Below, piece after piece: positions 60,821 to 64,000 of a stretch of 64,000 nt of DNA. The notes under the pieces were generated by a model. That model was given only the letters and a program-made list of their open reading frames with translations, was not told the DNA's origin and did no database searches. The number at the start of each line of letters is the position of its first letter. Position 1 is the stretch's first letter. The DNA comes from Podarcis pityusensis (lineage: Eukaryota): the NCBI GenBank assembly GCA_964106645.2, contig OZ067042.1; one strand, 5' to 3'. The translations under genes and the position numbers were made by a program.

Positions 60821-62758
60821 GGATCACAGCACAGGAAACCTAGACATTAATTAGAGAATTCATAAAAATGATATGCAAGCTCTTTTGCTCTCTCCCAACT
60901 GTTACTGGCTGCATTTTACTTTTCTTGGTACCCTATAGTAAGCATGCAGGTTTAATTTAATATTGATATTTTTATCTTTAAAAAAAAGTTCTCTGAAACT
61001 TTAGCTTCTCTCAAGATGTTAAAGAATGCAAAATGTACTTTGCATATTAAAGTAGTCTGATATTTCATGTTGCATCTCAGAAGAAACAAAGAGTTATTGG
61101 TGGAGGGCAGATACATGTGGAGACAGGGATCTCCCTCCCTTTTAAAGATCCAGATCAATAGCTTTCTGCTTTACATTTAAATAAGAGGTGTAGCTGACAG
61201 CCAGAGGAACAAAGGGAAAGCATCAAAGAGTTAACAAACATTGCAAGGAATCCTTTGGCTTTGTTTCATCTATCCATTGATGCCCGTTCTTTTATTTTTT
61301 TTAACTGTTGTGTTTGCAGTTTCGTTTTTTTTTAATGCCTACATGGCAACAATCTTTCTAGGCTGTCAAAAGGTAGTACTCATGAATGATACAAATTGGG
61401 TTTTATTGTAGAAGGTTTCCAAATTTTTATTGTGGAACATTTCCCTTCATTAGGCATTGAGGAAGAGTTAATTCTGGCAGTTCACTATAAACAGTAATAC
61501 TTGGCGTCAAATGCTATTAAGGAGATTATGTTATCTCTTAGGAACAGAGAATGCTATGGTCAGGGGTAAATTAATTTCCTAGGGTGCTACAGTAATTTTT
61601 TTCTTGTAAATGGAAACTTTCTAATTGGAGCCCCTCAGGAACAATATGCTGAAAACTGGGCAGATGTTCTCTTTTCATGATCCCATCTCCCTTCGTGTTT
61701 TAACTTGTTTCTGATTTTTTTGCAGGGGCATTCTGGCACTGTTTAGAAAATCTGGGAAATAAACTTAGGCTGAAGGATTTGCTTACCTAGACCTTTGGTG
61801 GGGCAGAGTGGTTGGGGGCAGCTATTCAGAAAGGGGGCTCTTCCTCCCAAGAGCTTCTGCCTGCCTATCTGCCTGTTGCTTATTACTCACACAGGGTCAA
61901 TTTGGTGCTGAGGAAAAGACCCACTTCCTGACTCTTCCGGAGTCCATTCCCATGTGGGTAGGCAAAACTAACCTCCCATTTGCCTAGCCTTGGTCATCCC
62001 ACTACAAGGAGGCAAGCAAGAACATTTCTGTTTTAAGTCCACTTTGGGCTGTGATCTAGATATTTGATTTTTCTGCTGTTCCCATACCTGCTCTCTTTTT
62101 GCTGCAGCTTAGGGTTTTAATGGTATTTTTTATGTACATCAGGACTGGGCAGACTTTAGGATTGCAGAATCTATTTTGTTTTCCCACTAGAATTCTGAGT
62201 TACACCAAGTGGATCAGGAAGGGAGACATAGAATGGAAGAACATGTTGCTTCAGAGCCCATTGTCAGCCCAGGAGTTTCCTTGCAACGCCAGAACTCTTC
62301 TCTTCTCTTCTCTTCTCTTCTCTTCTCCTCCTGCCCCAGTTTCCAGCAGCCTAATTTAGCAGAGAGAGAGAGAGAGAGAAAATAATTATTTTTCTCATCA
62401 CCACTGCTAAAAGCATTGTGAGCTGGAAACAGTTACTTATCCACTGCAGATCACTCAGACAGTTTCCTGAAGATCCATACTGATCTGCCCACTCTTGGAA
62501 AGGTGTTTGATGAATTTAATAAGAAATAAGCAGATAGGTACCTTCTTTTTATTACAAGAGAAACTTGCAGAAAGGTCATGCAATACTGAGTGCCTAGCAC
62601 AGCTGCAACAAGATGTGTCTGGAACTGAGCCCTAAAATATGCTCTGGTGAAGCTTTTCTCCTTCTCTCTGATTCTAATAATTTTCGTTTTGTTTTTCAGG
62701 GTTGATCAAGGACTGAAGAACTAGAAGACAACATTGTCTGCATTGGATAGCTTTGTAT

Positions 62759-62804
62759 ATGGAAGGCATGTCAGAAATCGATTTTGAAAAGTTAGCTGAA
62801 ATAG
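62759..62804 (+). CDS. ARHGAP8: Probable first coding exon of ARHGAP8 (exon 62700-62804; MEGMSEIDFEKLAEI, phase 1)
   Basis: Strong acceptor ttttgtttttcag|62700 and donor ATAG|GTAAAT; identity rests on the known PRR5-ARHGAP8 adjacency, with no diagnostic domain in the window. Confidence 0.55.
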
Positions 62805-64000
62805 GTAAATTATAGATAGATCTATTACTGCCCATCAAGTGGTATCTTCTATATATTTCCAGATGATTTAGAAGACATTCTTCCCTAAGTGAAAAACTTT
62901 TGCCAGGATAGTGTAATATTTTTGAGTTACAACCGCTGCACTGGCATGTACCTTATTATCAAAAGCTATTAAGGTTGAAGGTTAGTTTAATACACACAGT
63001 TTAAATGAATTATTGGCATGTGTTCCCAGTGAAATTCTAGGCTATTGGAATAATGCTATCATCACATATTGTGGCACAAATGGGAGTCATTACTCTAAAG
63101 AGACAAGTATTGAATGAGGCTAGAGACCTCCTGATTGTCTGTTATCTTTTGAAGATGTTCCAATGAACATAACCATATGGCCAACTCATTAGGGGGCCCA
63201 TCATTTTTTGGGGGGGATCAATTCTAACATATAATAATATAGAAATTTGACTTTTGAAAACCCTGTTTATTCAGAAAACATAAATTGTATCTCACCACTT
63301 ATACATAAAAGGGAGAAAATTGCACACAAATCATTGTGTGTAAGAACAATCCTCTGTAGTTGGAAGCAGTATACCTTTGAGTGCTTGGATGCCTGGAACA
63401 AATAACAGCAGGTTGCCATCACCACCTTACCCTACTCATGAACTTCCAGAAGCATCTGGTTGGCTGCTGGACTAGAGGGATGCTTAATGTGACACGGAAA
63501 TAATATAATTCTTACTTTTTAAACATACTAACAGTGTTTACCGGTCCATTAAGAAAGCATTGCCTATTCACTTTGATAAATGATGACATAAGCTAATATT
63601 TAATATGAGTAGATTTCCATTAGAGTTAATGCCTGATCATTTTTACATTTTAACTTTACAAAATAGTGTCTGTATAAAACTGTTTCTTCCTTGCTATTAA
63701 AATATGTCACTTTTAACATAAGTGCTATGGCTTATGCTTTATGCATTGTGAAAATTGGCATTGTTATAGTTAACTATTGCTGTATTAATAATTACATGAA
63801 TTATTAATTAAAAGTTAATGATTAATTTGTTATCCAGGATCTTTACACTGCTCTTTAAACTTTCTAATAAATGTGATGTGCCAATAGCATTAGAGCTGTT
63901 AATGCTTAACCATCTCCTTCCAAAAATTTTTAGAGGTCCTGTTCACCAGATATGCAGAAAATCTCCACAGTAACAACTGTAACATCAATGTTTTCCATTA

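Overview
Vertebrate genomic DNA, almost certainly from a squamate and probably a lacertid lizard, judging by Sauria SINEs, BovB, CR1-tailed tRNA SINEs and lizard-type L1/L2. The + strand carries the complete 8-exon coding region of PRR5 (Protor-1, an mTORC2 subunit; 452-35691, 414 aa). A CpG island at about 54.6-55.4 kb and a short coding exon at 62700-62804 probably mark the start of the neighbouring ARHGAP8. PRR5 intron 1 holds a very young, full-length antisense Ty3/gypsy chromovirus of the sushi/PEG10 type (2059-7813). It has apparently identical 683-bp LTRs, a CATGG target-site duplication (TSD), a self-priming PBS and a PEG10-like GGGAAAC/pseudoknot -1 frameshift. Its pol is broken by one 8-bp duplication, and its integrase tail runs into the LTR and carries an HMGN-like RRSARL motif. 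Between the two genes lies a full-length, TSD-flanked, 2.1-kb non-autonomous L1 derivative (44224-46346) with an intact 201-aa ORF I do not recognise. The rest is SINE, LINE and MITE debris, including a decayed Penelope hammerhead ribozyme and several informative insertion junctions. All family assignments come from recall and manual reading; no searches were run.
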